Virus record (IMG/VR): IMGVR_UViG_3300009117_000043
Span: 1-47,033 of that record
Source of the DNA: a virus
Taxonomy: Duplodnaviria; Caudoviricetes
DNA length: 47,033 nt
Reading direction: 5' to 3' (one strand)
Position 1 is the first letter of the stretch. Each line of letters opens with the position of its first letter. A model generated the notes under the pieces. The model was given only the letters and a program-made list of their open reading frames with translations. It ran no database searches and was not told where the DNA came from. A program made the position numbers and the translations under genes. Positions 28,513 to 38,163 of the stretch are shown piece by piece.

Positions 28513-28597
28513 AAAAAAGCCCTTATGATAGCTTTCACTTCTATCATAAGGGCAAATCTAAATGTTAGGTAGTGACTTTTCGCACTCAAAAAGTCAC
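28513..28597 (-). promoter_or_regulatory. Operator-like palindrome plus hairpin, copy 2
   Basis: gtgactttt-N8-aaaagtcac (28572-28597) overlapping the regulator stop codon; hairpin 28519-28553 with a T tract. Confidence 0.7.
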
Positions 28598-29790
28598 GTT
28601 TTTTTGGTCGTTAAAATGTATTGCGCAAGCTCATCGCGTCCGGATATATGCAACTTTCCATATATATCCAGCATAATGTTCTTGAGTCTTCCAATGGAAA
28701 TGCAATGCTCCTTTGCAATTTCTGCATAAGAGATTCGTCGTGCCACAAGCTTGGCAAGGTGAGCCTCCCGTTTAGATAGGATGAGTGTAATGTTATCCTT
28801 GGTAAATTGGTTGTGAAAGGAAATCCAGTTTTTCACGGTGTTTTTCCATTGCAGTGTAACCGCATCATAGTAATCAGGGAATTCCTGCTCCAAGCACGTT
28901 TCAACCAGCCCGCCAAGCTCCGAAACAAGCTCCGCAAACGGTGTGACAAAACCGTGTGGCAAGGCAAGCCGCATGGCCGGAAGTAGCCAGCCCTTGGCCT
29001 CGTTCTTTCGTTCCAGTGCATAGCAGGCAATGGCACAGATTAAGCGCAGATAGATATTGGTTGTGGTGATCCCCCTCTCTGGAGAATTCAACGTCAGTGC
29101 AGTCTGCGCCACAGCCAGGGCGGTATCAAACTCGCCGGCACAATATAAATACTTTGCCCGCAGATAAAGGGCATTAAGCCTTAATTGAGATTGCAGGCCG
29201 CTTAAATCCCCTGCTTTCAGCCAGTCGGGAACCATGTTAGGCGCAAGCACACTCACAGCGGCGGTGGTGAGGCAAAACTCTGCAGCAGCTCTTATTTCGC
29301 CGTCCTTATCACCCTTTGTATATCGTTTGAGATTGGCAGCAATCTGAGTGTAGGTCTGATAATTCCCCAAGCTGATGGCTGCAACAATGGCTATTGGGCT
29401 GATACGCAGACGCACCGCATCGTCTTCCTGAGTGTTATCATAACAGCTTATTACCTTCTTAAAATCGCCCCTCAGGTAAGAGAGCTCCGCTTCATAAATC
29501 AGCCGTATCCTATCCTCTTCTATGCTTTCCAGAATGGCATCCGGGTCATGTATGGGCATGGGTCTGTCGGCAGCTTCCAAGACATAAAGCAGGTTGTCCA
29601 GTAAGAGCGAGGCTGACTGCGCACGCCCGCCGCGTCTGTTATCGGCAGGCCGTTCGGTATTTGCTGGTATCAGCCAAACGTTCCCCATTTTGGCCGCACC
29701 TGGGATGCGCCCGGCTTTCAAATGATAGGTGATCGCCCTTCCGGAAACGCCCCATTTTTTCGCAGCCTCACTGGCTGTTATGTAATCCAT
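28594..29790 (-). CDS. Transcriptional regulator with an N-terminal excisionase-like HTH, helical TPR-like middle and C-terminal LuxR-type HTH
   Basis: YITASEAAKKWGVS..GRIPGA..GNVWLIP; LSKREAHLAKLVA..SYAEIA..IYGKLHISGRDEL. Confidence 0.85.
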   Translation of the reverse strand: MDYITASEAAKKWGVSGRAITYHLKAGRIPGAAKMGNVWLIPANTERPADNRRGGRAQSASLLLDNLLYVLEAADRPMPIHDPDAILESIEEDRIRLIYEAELSYLRGDFKKVISCYDNTQEDDAVRLRISPIAIVAAISLGNYQTYTQIAANLKRYTKGDKDGEIRAAAEFCLTTAAVSVLAPNMVPDWLKAGDLSGLQSQLRLNALYLRAKYLYCAGEFDTALAVAQTALTLNSPERGITTTNIYLRLICAIACYALERKNEAKGWLLPAMRLALPHGFVTPFAELVSELGGLVETCLEQEFPDYYDAVTLQWKNTVKNWISFHNQFTKDNITLILSKREAHLAKLVARRISYAEIAKEHCISIGRLKNIMLDIYGKLHISGRDELAQYILTTKKT

Positions 29791-29835
29791 AATCCACCTC
29801 CCAATTTTTCAATTTGTATAGGTTTATATGGAATT

Positions 29836-29864
29836 ATTATACTTCCTGCGTCGGAAGAATTCAA
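29836..29864 (-). promoter_or_regulatory. Sigma-A promoter with a palindrome in the spacer, copy 2
   Basis: TTGAAT-17-TATAAT; spacer contains cttcc-N6-ggaag. Confidence 0.75.
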
Positions 29865-29980
29865 GTTCTAGTAATTGAGTAAAAAAATACACAGATAACA
29901 AAAATATTATTTCTCTCTTAACGGAACTCATAACGGTGAATGGCAGTCAATGCCCGTACTTGCACAATCAAGTATCAACT

Positions 29981-30169
29981 TTATGATTCGTCGATGTTCC
30001 TAACACATTGTAAATTATCAGAAAGAGAGAAAAAGCTGGGCAGGCTGCCACCGCTTTCGATTTTGCGAATATGCATGACATTTACTTCGCACAGTTCTGA
30101 TAGCTGTTCAGAAGTTAAACCCTTATTCTTACGCAGTTGGTTTATCCCTTTTCCTAATGCCTGCCGCAA
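29981..30169 (-). pseudogene. XRE-family HTH fragment
   Basis: LGKGINQLRKNKGLTSEQLSELCEVNVMHIRKIESG..PS, then degenerates; no good start or RBS. Confidence 0.6.
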
Positions 30170-30302
30170 TATATATTATTTATTCTGTGATAAGTCTTTC
30201 TTAGAGTGGGAGGTTCCGGTGGGTTCACTGTGAACCGCACCTGGGTTCTCGAATAAGCCATAGCTCCCCCTTGGCGGCAACTACTTTTTTATGAATTTTA
30301 AA

Positions 30303-30572
30303 TCACTCATCTTTTAAAATAAACCTGTTGCTGGTGTTGCTGCCATTTTCCCGATAACGGGCTTCCTTTTCAATAAGTCCGGCCTTGACCAGATCGTTGA
30401 GAGCTCGCTTGATGGTACTGCGAGATAACTGCAAATCAGAAGCGATGGTTTTTACCGCAGGCCAGCAATCTTCCCCTTTTCCGGCGCGGTCACGAAGATA
30501 CATATAAACCGCCCTCGCCCGATGTGGAAGCTCATCGGGCGTAGCGGAATAAAGCTGCTTAAAATAGCTCAT
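30303..30572 (-). CDS. Winged HTH protein (HTH_36-like)
   Basis: VYMYL..CWPAVKTIASDLQLSRSTIKRALNDL..GLI; ggagg RBS. Confidence 0.8.
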   Translation of the reverse strand: MSYFKQLYSATPDELPHRARAVYMYLRDRAGKGEDCWPAVKTIASDLQLSRSTIKRALNDLVKAGLIEKEARYRENGSNTSNRFILKDE

Positions 30573-30584
30573 GGTTACCCTCCT

Positions 30585-32408
30585 TTACGTTTTGAGTACA
30601 GTGCGTCGGCGCATGGTGTTTTCAGCGGATTCTGCTACAGGGGTATGAAGCGTGCCGGTTCCGGCTGATGCCTCAATAACCTCCCCAGTTTCTTCATCAG
30701 CCATAAGACAGGTCATATGCCTTCGGACAATATTTTCTTCCAGCATATTTTTGTCGGCATACGTTACCTTCCGATGTGCCTTTTCCTCTACGGCATAAGG
30801 CTTTCCGAAACGGATACCCCAATCAAGAAACAAGCGCAACCGTGTTTTCATGGGATGAGTGCCGGTTTTCATGACAACAAAGTTTCCCTTGGGGATGGAT
30901 TTCAGTTCATCCGATGTCATGAGAGGTCGTTCCATCATCTGTAGCGATTGGCTGGGATCATTCTTTCCACGGTTCACGCTGCCGCTCATGACAGTTCTGG
31001 AACCCAGCGCCTTGCTTAGCACCTCGGCAGTCTGGCTATTGGGAGCGAAACCGCCGAAAATGGTATCTTGGCAGTTGTCTACGATGATTTCTGAACCCTC
31101 CTTGCCATAATTCTTTTCAAGCTGACCGAATGACTGTATGATGGGCACCATGGAAAGACGGCGGGAGCGTGAAGCAGTGAAAATTAATTCGAGCGATTCA
31201 ATGGTCGGAAGCGTTCCCAGCTCATCGCAATAAAACATCACACGGTTTTTCAGCTTACCGCCATTTTCATCGGCAACCGCAAGAATCTCCCGATAGAGCT
31301 GCTGGATCATAAGAGAGACCATAAAATACTTAGTCAAATCTTCTTCGGGAAGCACAATAAACAACGCGGACTTTTCCTTACAGAATTTCTCCGCATCAAT
31401 GGCCGTTTCAAAACAGAGAACCTGCTCCATCTCACTGTCTAAAAAGGAGTTGAGCCGAGAGAGCACGGTGGAGAGCACCGATGCCATAGCTTGCTCTGCA
31501 GAGTTAAGTGCGGCACCTGCAAACCAGCGGGCCTTGTGGTCTGAGGGGAGCTTATCCATAAGGAGCTGGAACTGACTCTTGCCCTTTACCTTGCTTGGAG
31601 CAAGCAAGTCCTGCACCAGCTTAAATACGCTGATGATATGACGGCAATCCTTTTTCCGGTCATCCACCTCAGAGGGCGGCAGATATTCGGCAATCAGCAA
31701 AATGACAGAGGTTAAAAGACCTTCGGCGGCATCATAGAAAAACTGATTTTGACCGTAATTTTCGCCGCTGGAATTGATGATGGTTTTGGAGATGATCTTA
31801 GCGTATTTCTCTGCCTTTGCCTTTGCCACAAGGTTATTTTCATCAGCAATGTATTGATCCATATAGGTGTTGACCAGGTGGAGCATATTGTTGCCATCCG
31901 AGCGTGTGGGGTTTCTGAGGTCGATGACTGCCACATGGTAGCCATAGTAGTCTTGTGCAATGGTACCGTAATTGCGGTAGAGGTCACCCTTGGTATCGGT
32001 GGTCAGAAAGCTCATGCCAGAGGCACAGGCATATTCCAAATTGGGGTACAGGAAAAATGCCGTCTTGCCAACACCGGATGCACCAATCATCAGACAATGA
32101 ACATCATCAGTATCCACCAGCGCTGTCACCTTGTTCTTTGCTCCTTTGCTTCCAAGGATGATGCCCTGCTCATCTGTGGCAGGCAGACACTGCCCCTGCC
32201 TCCACAGCTCCGGCTCAAATGGAATATGCTTGTAGATTCTTTTGATTTCCTGCTTGGTTGCAAAGCGTGCCGTACCATGCTGGCCGTCACCTACAGTGCG
32301 GGATTTGATTCCGTTTAAGGTATAGTAATGCGCTAAAAGAGAAAGACCGCCAATGACGAGAAACATCACGGCGCCTGCGGCAATGAGAGCGAGTACAGGT
32401 TCTTGCAT
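30585..32408 (-). CDS. virD4: VirD4-like type IV coupling protein
   Basis: N-terminal TM, GQHGTARFA, Walker A GASGVGKT, TDTKGD, CDELG and IQSFGQL..YG. Confidence 0.92.
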   Translation of the reverse strand: MQEPVLALIAAGAVMFLVIGGLSLLAHYYTLNGIKSRTVGDGQHGTARFATKQEIKRIYKHIPFEPELWRQGQCLPATDEQGIILGSKGAKNKVTALVDTDDVHCLMIGASGVGKTAFFLYPNLEYACASGMSFLTTDTKGDLYRNYGTIAQDYYGYHVAVIDLRNPTRSDGNNMLHLVNTYMDQYIADENNLVAKAKAEKYAKIISKTIINSSGENYGQNQFFYDAAEGLLTSVILLIAEYLPPSEVDDRKKDCRHIISVFKLVQDLLAPSKVKGKSQFQLLMDKLPSDHKARWFAGAALNSAEQAMASVLSTVLSRLNSFLDSEMEQVLCFETAIDAEKFCKEKSALFIVLPEEDLTKYFMVSLMIQQLYREILAVADENGGKLKNRVMFYCDELGTLPTIESLELIFTASRSRRLSMVPIIQSFGQLEKNYGKEGSEIIVDNCQDTIFGGFAPNSQTAEVLSKALGSRTVMSGSVNRGKNDPSQSLQMMERPLMTSDELKSIPKGNFVVMKTGTHPMKTRLRLFLDWGIRFGKPYAVEEKAHRKVTYADKNMLEENIVRRHMTCLMADEETGEVIEASAGTGTLHTPVAESAENTMRRRTVLKT

Positions 32409-32585
32409 GAAGATGCTCCTTTCCAATTTCTATATTGTGCGGTATAATAAATAAACCGCCTGCAGATGTAGACGGTTATGTAGAAAATCTTGCTTATTCC
32501 GAAGATAGGTGATTCGGAATAAGGTAAATGAAGTTTATATACCAGACAGTTCAACAATCTGGAAGTTGTGGAGGGAAAAAAATCA

Positions 32586-33374
32586 ATGCTTGATAGAAGC
32601 ACGTTGCTGCAGGATTTGAAAGAGACTAATAAAATTGGAGAGTTATTTCAGTTTTTCACATCAAAAAAAGAAGATGTGGAATATGGAGAACAAGCGAAGC
32701 GGAAATATCAGCAACTTGGGTGGAGTAACAATAAACATTTTGATATAATTAACTCGTTTTGGATAACCTTCTCATTATTAATGCATTTTTACTTTCCTCA
32801 GGATTATCCCATAGCTGAGGCAGGAAATGTGAAGATATACAAGTACCACAGCAAACATTTCTACTCATTCCCTGAAAAATACTTTCTAGAAAACTCAGAA
32901 GAAAGAAAAAAAGTAGAAGATTTATACGCAAAAAATCCAGACATTAGTAAGCTGGCGGAGCTTTGCCATAGTGTTGCAAATTTTATGCCTTGTCCTAAAA
33001 ATTTCAACTCGTGTAAAGGCTTGCTGAATGATGTAAAAGACTATCTTCCTTTGATGGTTGACAAGATACAGGCTTGCGTTGATAACGATACTGACTTGAA
33101 ATATTACAATAAAGATAATGAAGTTGTTATCGATAAGAATACAATTAATAAATGGCACAGTTTCCTTGCTGATAACCAAAAAAAATATTGCTTGGATATG
33201 TACTATACAGTTGACGGTTTGATAATTAAAGGCATTCCTTTTTTCACTGGGCAAACATTACTTAATGCATGTCCCAAGAATGCTGAGGAAGTAGAAGAAT
33301 GCTTGTGGAAAATGACAAAAGGTATAGAACGAAGAGCGGAACAACTGGGCAACACAATTGATTCGCTTGCTTAA
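32586..33374 (+). CDS. AT-rich hypothetical protein inserted in the opposite orientation, possibly with a His-Me/HNH-like motif
   Basis: Only long plus-strand gene in the ICE; ggaggg RBS; HSVANFMPCP..FNSCKG motif. Confidence 0.7.
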   Translation: MLDRSTLLQDLKETNKIGELFQFFTSKKEDVEYGEQAKRKYQQLGWSNNKHFDIINSFWITFSLLMHFYFPQDYPIAEAGNVKIYKYHSKHFYSFPEKYFLENSEERKKVEDLYAKNPDISKLAELCHSVANFMPCPKNFNSCKGLLNDVKDYLPLMVDKIQACVDNDTDLKYYNKDNEVVIDKNTINKWHSFLADNQKKYCLDMYYTVDGLIIKGIPFFTGQTLLNACPKNAEEVEECLWKMTKGIERRAEQLGNTIDSLA

Positions 33375-33473
33375 ATGCGCAACTCCCGATTTGTCGGGGA
33401 GATTATGAGCACACCCTTTGCTGATACACACCAACTCACCCCCAAAGAAAATCTCCCTAATTATAAAGATTGG

Positions 33474-33509
33474 GCAGAGCGGTCAGCGATATGACCGCTC
33501 TGCTTTTTT
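33474..33509. terminator. Intrinsic terminator between convergent genes
   Basis: gcagagcggtca/tgaccgctctgc followed by tttttt on the plus strand. Confidence 0.75.
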
Positions 33510-34453
33510 CATGCCATCCTCATTTCAAATCCACGCTGCCTTTGCTGTGCCATCGTTACTAAATCGTCATTCCAATCCTTGCCCTGAGAAATAATCCGCT
33601 GCGAGAAATATCCTTTTTCTGAAAGCTGATTTTTCAATCGCTCACTTGCTTTGTGACCGGCTGCATCGTTGTCCAAGCACAAAGACACCTTTTGAAGTTC
33701 CGGATATTGTTCCAGCATCCACATCATCGCCTGTCCACCGACACCGCAGAGAGCCACATAGCTATGCTGCTGCCAATCCTCCGGGTGCAGAGTAATAAAG
33801 GACAGCATATCAACCGGAGCTTCAAAAACGTACAAGGTATCACTTTCCCCGATCCAGTGAAAGCTGTACCGGGGATCACAGGCATCCACATTTCCTTTGA
33901 AGCCAATACCCTCGGTATAAAGTCCTCGCTTGTGGGCATGTCTGGCAGTACCTGTTTCATCTATGCCCACAAATACAGCATTGTGGTATTCTTTAGTGCC
34001 GTCCTTGGATTTCTCACAGCTCTCATACAGGAGCTTTGCTTTGGCAAAAAAACTGACCACCTCCCGATCAATGAGCCGGGTTTTAACCAGATAAGCATAG
34101 GCACGGCGCATATCGCTGTGAGGCTTCGGAAGTGCAAAGGGCTTTTTCACTTCCAGTTTCCTTTTCTCTGCGGGACGGTAGGCTTCGCCCTGTTCACCGC
34201 CCAGCAGCATGGTTACGGCCTCGGGAAAGGAAAGATCATAAAACTGCTTTACAAAATCAATCGCATACCCACCGCTCTCTGCGGAGTGATCGTACCATTC
34301 GTTTCCTCGGACGGTAATGCTGTGATCCGATGCAAGACGTTTTTCTCTGCCTGACTTGATTAGCTTTTCACCCCTCATTTCCAAAAAATTCACAAGGTCA
34401 ACGCTATTGGCACACTGTTTCTGCTCATCCGTAAAATGTACATATGCCCCCAT
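33509..34453 (-). CDS. DUF3991/toprim primase-like protein
   Basis: VFEAPVDMLS and LCLDNDAAG..KDWNDDL toprim motifs; ggagg RBS. Confidence 0.85.
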   Translation of the reverse strand: MGAYVHFTDEQKQCANSVDLVNFLEMRGEKLIKSGREKRLASDHSITVRGNEWYDHSAESGGYAIDFVKQFYDLSFPEAVTMLLGGEQGEAYRPAEKRKLEVKKPFALPKPHSDMRRAYAYLVKTRLIDREVVSFFAKAKLLYESCEKSKDGTKEYHNAVFVGIDETGTARHAHKRGLYTEGIGFKGNVDACDPRYSFHWIGESDTLYVFEAPVDMLSFITLHPEDWQQHSYVALCGVGGQAMMWMLEQYPELQKVSLCLDNDAAGHKASERLKNQLSEKGYFSQRIISQGKDWNDDLVTMAQQRQRGFEMRMA

Positions 34454-34464
34454 GGATACACCTC

Positions 34465-34587
34465 CTATCTGTGGCGGCAACCGATTCGATGAAAAAGCAT
34501 CGGACGTTTTACTGCCCGATGCTGATTCTGATTTATTATTATCTTTTTGGTTGACTGCTGGTTACATTTCCTTTTTTGTTTGTTCAT
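34465..34587 (-). CDS. Possible 40-aa basic peptide
   Basis: ggagg RBS; MNKQKRKCNQQ...HRIGCRHR*; the stop overlaps the RBS of the toprim gene. Confidence 0.4.
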   Translation of the reverse strand: MNKQKRKCNQQSTKKIIINQNQHRAVKRPMLFHRIGCRHR

Positions 34588-34670
34588 CGGATTCCTCCAA
34601 TCGTTATAACGAAGTTACAAGGTTCTGGGGTACCCGCTCAAAATCTTTGATTTACCAGCGGGTCAGGTTC

Positions 34671-37553
34671 TTATAAAGACATGGTTTGCTCCTGATCATC
34701 CCTTGCGTGACCCTGTGCCTGCTTCTTCTCTCGAAGCTTACGCAAGAGTTTCCGGTCTGTCCGCTGACCAAGCGGTTTCAGCGGCGGTGCATTATCTGAA
34801 AAAATACGGCTCATATGATGCAGGAGTCGTGTTCCCGCAAGCAAAGCAGAAGGGTCTTTGAAACTGTCCATATGGTCGAGGAAAAATTGGGCATAAATAT
34901 TGCCCTGTGCTGCCGAGAGGGTAAACCATCGAACAGCAGCAGCCTTGTCCTTTGAGACTTCTTTTCCCATCAGATACAGCTTGCCGAGGGTGTACTGCGC
35001 ATATTGATTCCCCTGTTCAGCAGAAGCCGTCAGAAATTGCAGGGCAGCCTGTATATCCTTGGGCGCATCCTCGCCCATGAGATAAATCTTACCCAGCCGG
35101 TACTGTGCAAACTGGTTTCCCTGCTCGGCAGACCCTTTCAGGTATTCCAGAGCTTTCGGGATATCTCTCGGAACATCTTCCCCTTTGAGGTAAAGGGTGC
35201 CGAGGGCATATTCGGCAAACTGATTTTTTCTGTCTGCGGCAAATTTCAGCCAATAGATGGCGGACTCTACATCCTTCAGCACACCATCACCGCCAAGATA
35301 CAGCTTTCCGAGCCGGTATGCAGCAAAGTCATTTTCCTGTTTTGCCGACATTGTGTAGAGTCGTACTGCCTCGGAAACATTATGCGGAACGTGCTGTCCC
35401 TTTTCATAGAGCTTGCCGAGAAAATATGAGGCATAGGGATTTTCAGCTTCCACCGCTTTGCAGAGGTAACCGAGGGCTTTCGTTGCCTCCTGCGGATATG
35501 CCTTTTCATCAGAGAGGATGAGCTTGGCAAGCTGGTAGCAGGCAAAGGGATTTCCCACGGATGCCGCCTTTTCAAAGTATTCCTTTGCCCTGGCTTCATC
35601 CTTGTCTGTACCTACGCCGTTCAGAAGCATCCAGCCCAACCGGTATTGGAGTTTATCGTCATGGCTCTGTTCCTCCATGGACATAAAACCGAGAAAGGCT
35701 TCCTTGAAGCGGCGGTCAGCATCCTGCTGATTTTTCACACAGCCGATTCCGTCCCGCAGCATTTTTCCAAGCTCAAAACTGGCATAGGGAAAGCTCTGAT
35801 CCGCCGAGCGGGTGTAGAGGGCAAATGCGGTTTCGTGATCCTGATCCACGCCTTTGCCATGGTAATACAGACCGCCAAGGGAATACTGTGCGTACTTGTA
35901 GTTCTCATCCGCAGACAGGGTGAGCCAGTCTGCCGCCTGCAGATAGTCCTGCTCTGTGCCAAGTCCTGCGGCATACATTTTGCCGATACGATACTCGGTG
36001 TATTTCCAAGGCTGTTCTTCTTCGGCAGCATAGAAAACGGCAAGAGCCTTTTCGTACCAGCGGCATGCTTCATCAGCGTACGCTTCGCAGCCAAGACCAT
36101 CCGCAGCCATTCTTCCGAGATCATACATGGCGAGAGGATTATCTGTCTTCGCTTCCGCAAGGAAGAGTTCACGGGCCTTTTCAAAGTCCTGCAAAATCCC
36201 GGCATTCTCATCACCATATAAATATTGCTTTGCCAGTTTGTACTCGTCTGTCCACCAAGATCCTGATGATTCCTTATCATCTGAGGCTTCATTTCGTTCT
36301 TCAACAGTCGGTTCTCTGAAATGATCATCAGTTTCCTGATTTTCGTCCTCTGTCCTTTCATCGGAAGGTATCTTCCGCTCATCCTCTGGCTCCGGGAGCG
36401 CTATATCCAAGGATGCCGGTTCCTCAAAGGTCATGGAGCCAATCAGCAGTGCTTCCTGAATAACCATGTTCCGTATGGCTTTGAAATCATCACAGCGTGA
36501 AAGAGACGGCGGGTCTGACGGAGTTTCGGTGTATATGGATTCAATCCTCCCCCTCACCTCCCACCACAGGCGGTAGGCTTTTGCAATACGGTTGTCCCTC
36601 CCGAGCTCATCTACGATTTCGTCCACCACATTTTTAAGGTCTGCCTTGAGGTACCCATATTGCTTTTTTCCGGAGGTATTCTGTAAGCGTTCTGCAAGAT
36701 GCGTGATGAGCTGCTCCATACGGCTGCTTTGCAAAATACCGTTTTTCATCTGCCGGATGCATTCATGCATTGCTCCGGCAGCTTCTTCCTTCAAGGCATC
36801 CCGCCGCTGGGTCTTTTCTCCGTAAAGGGGAATGAGCTCTTGACGGAAGATTTCATTTGCAAGAGAAGATTTTAATTTTTTAATACCCTGTCTGGTGAGG
36901 TAGCCCTCCCTCGGTTCGGTGCTGTAGCAGATCATGTGGACATGGGGATGATGGGATTCATTGTGAAAGGCTGCATACCACTTCAGATGGTCCGGATGAA
37001 TTTTTAAGCTCTCGGCAAGCTCCATGACTTTGGAGGAAAGCAGAGCTTTCCAAGCAGCAGCATTGTCATAGCCGATTCTGGATGCTTCCTCGCGGCGCAG
37101 AGAAATAATCGGTGTCCATACATTTCCTGTGTGTTCTGATACTTCTTCAGCAACCTGTGACAGGATGAGTGGTTCATCCCCTGCAGTGAACAGGCCGTGG
37201 CTGTCAATCTTTTCAACACGGGGACGGTTTGCAATGTAATCCAGATATTTTTCCCGGCCGCTGATTTTATCAAGGTTCTGTTCCAGTGCAATGGTGATAA
37301 ATTCAGAAGCATTTTTTCGGTTTGGGTTTTCGCAGTAGTCCTCATATTCAAACAAATCCCTGGTATCGGGAAACTCCCGGAGGATCTGCACAATCAAATC
37401 CTTCTGCTTTTTTGTGGCATGCCAAAGCTCTCGACCATTTTCCATCTTTTCCACGCCGTCGCGGGTGGCAATATATTTGACGAGGTTGTTCAGATGGGCA
37501 GCAGTCTTTTCTCCACCTTTGAGGTAGGGACACTTTAAAATGATGCGGGCCAT
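34671..37553 (-). CDS. MobP3-type relaxase with a C-terminal SEL1/TPR repeat array
   Basis: VKYIATRDGV Tyr, WYAAFHNESHHPHVHM HUH motif, and about 12 A.Y.LG..Y..G.GV repeats. Confidence 0.9.
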   Translation of the reverse strand: MARIILKCPYLKGGEKTAAHLNNLVKYIATRDGVEKMENGRELWHATKKQKDLIVQILREFPDTRDLFEYEDYCENPNRKNASEFITIALEQNLDKISGREKYLDYIANRPRVEKIDSHGLFTAGDEPLILSQVAEEVSEHTGNVWTPIISLRREEASRIGYDNAAAWKALLSSKVMELAESLKIHPDHLKWYAAFHNESHHPHVHMICYSTEPREGYLTRQGIKKLKSSLANEIFRQELIPLYGEKTQRRDALKEEAAGAMHECIRQMKNGILQSSRMEQLITHLAERLQNTSGKKQYGYLKADLKNVVDEIVDELGRDNRIAKAYRLWWEVRGRIESIYTETPSDPPSLSRCDDFKAIRNMVIQEALLIGSMTFEEPASLDIALPEPEDERKIPSDERTEDENQETDDHFREPTVEERNEASDDKESSGSWWTDEYKLAKQYLYGDENAGILQDFEKARELFLAEAKTDNPLAMYDLGRMAADGLGCEAYADEACRWYEKALAVFYAAEEEQPWKYTEYRIGKMYAAGLGTEQDYLQAADWLTLSADENYKYAQYSLGGLYYHGKGVDQDHETAFALYTRSADQSFPYASFELGKMLRDGIGCVKNQQDADRRFKEAFLGFMSMEEQSHDDKLQYRLGWMLLNGVGTDKDEARAKEYFEKAASVGNPFACYQLAKLILSDEKAYPQEATKALGYLCKAVEAENPYASYFLGKLYEKGQHVPHNVSEAVRLYTMSAKQENDFAAYRLGKLYLGGDGVLKDVESAIYWLKFAADRKNQFAEYALGTLYLKGEDVPRDIPKALEYLKGSAEQGNQFAQYRLGKIYLMGEDAPKDIQAALQFLTASAEQGNQYAQYTLGKLYLMGKEVSKDKAAAVRWFTLSAAQGNIYAQFFLDHMDSFKDPSALLAGTRLLHHMSRIFSDNAPPLKPLGQRTDRKLLRKLREKKQAQGHARDDQEQTMSL

Positions 37554-37981
37554 TATTCTTCCGTCTCAGAGCTGTTTTGGAAATCCACCGCATCGTCCAG
37601 CCGAATTTTACCTCTGGTTTTTTTGACCTCGGCAACACATCTGCCACGGAGCCGATACAGTTCCTCATCGGTAATCTCCAGCGTGGTTGCCAAAAGATGC
37701 ATCATCATACTGATTTCCACTGAAAGCCTGAATAAATTATTTGCCACCCGGTTTTCGGTGTTCTGCAGCGTGCCTTGTATAGATCCAAGCAGGGTTTGGG
37801 AGAGGAAGGTTGTACTGCTTTTGCTGCCCAGATAACCGATGTAGAAATCCACTGCCTTTGATATAAATTCAGTATGGTTTTTCATGTCATTTGCCGCCAT
37901 GAGTGATTCCATGTTGGCAATCATTTCGGGATAGAGCCATGCGGTGACTCTTTGCTTCAAGTCATTATTTATCTTTTTCAT
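37553..37981 (-). CDS. Ribbon-helix-helix-like relaxosome accessory protein (putative)
   Basis: RVTAWL beta strand then two helices (NHTEFISKAVDFY); lies between oriT and the relaxase, to which it is coupled. Confidence 0.65.
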   Translation of the reverse strand: MKKINNDLKQRVTAWLYPEMIANMESLMAANDMKNHTEFISKAVDFYIGYLGSKSSTTFLSQTLLGSIQGTLQNTENRVANNLFRLSVEISMMMHLLATTLEITDEELYRLRGRCVAEVKKTRGKIRLDDAVDFQNSSETEE

Positions 37982-38163
37982 TGCTTCACCTCTCCTGTTT
38001 TTTGATGCATCACCAATAACAGCACCTTGCAAAGCCCTCCAATGCCGGGACTTTTGGAGGATTACAGCACCCTCCAGAGCCAAAAGCCCCATTTACAGCA
38101 CCTTTTTTAGGTTGGGGAAATATCACTCACCGTATCTGAAAATCCTTGATTTCTCTGTAAAAT

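Noticed and set aside
33653-36382. Long alternative ORFs (233, 191 and 215 aa) overlapping the toprim and relaxase genes
   Set aside because: They are antisense or frame-shifted shadows with no motifs, unlike the nested ORF in the methyltransferase.
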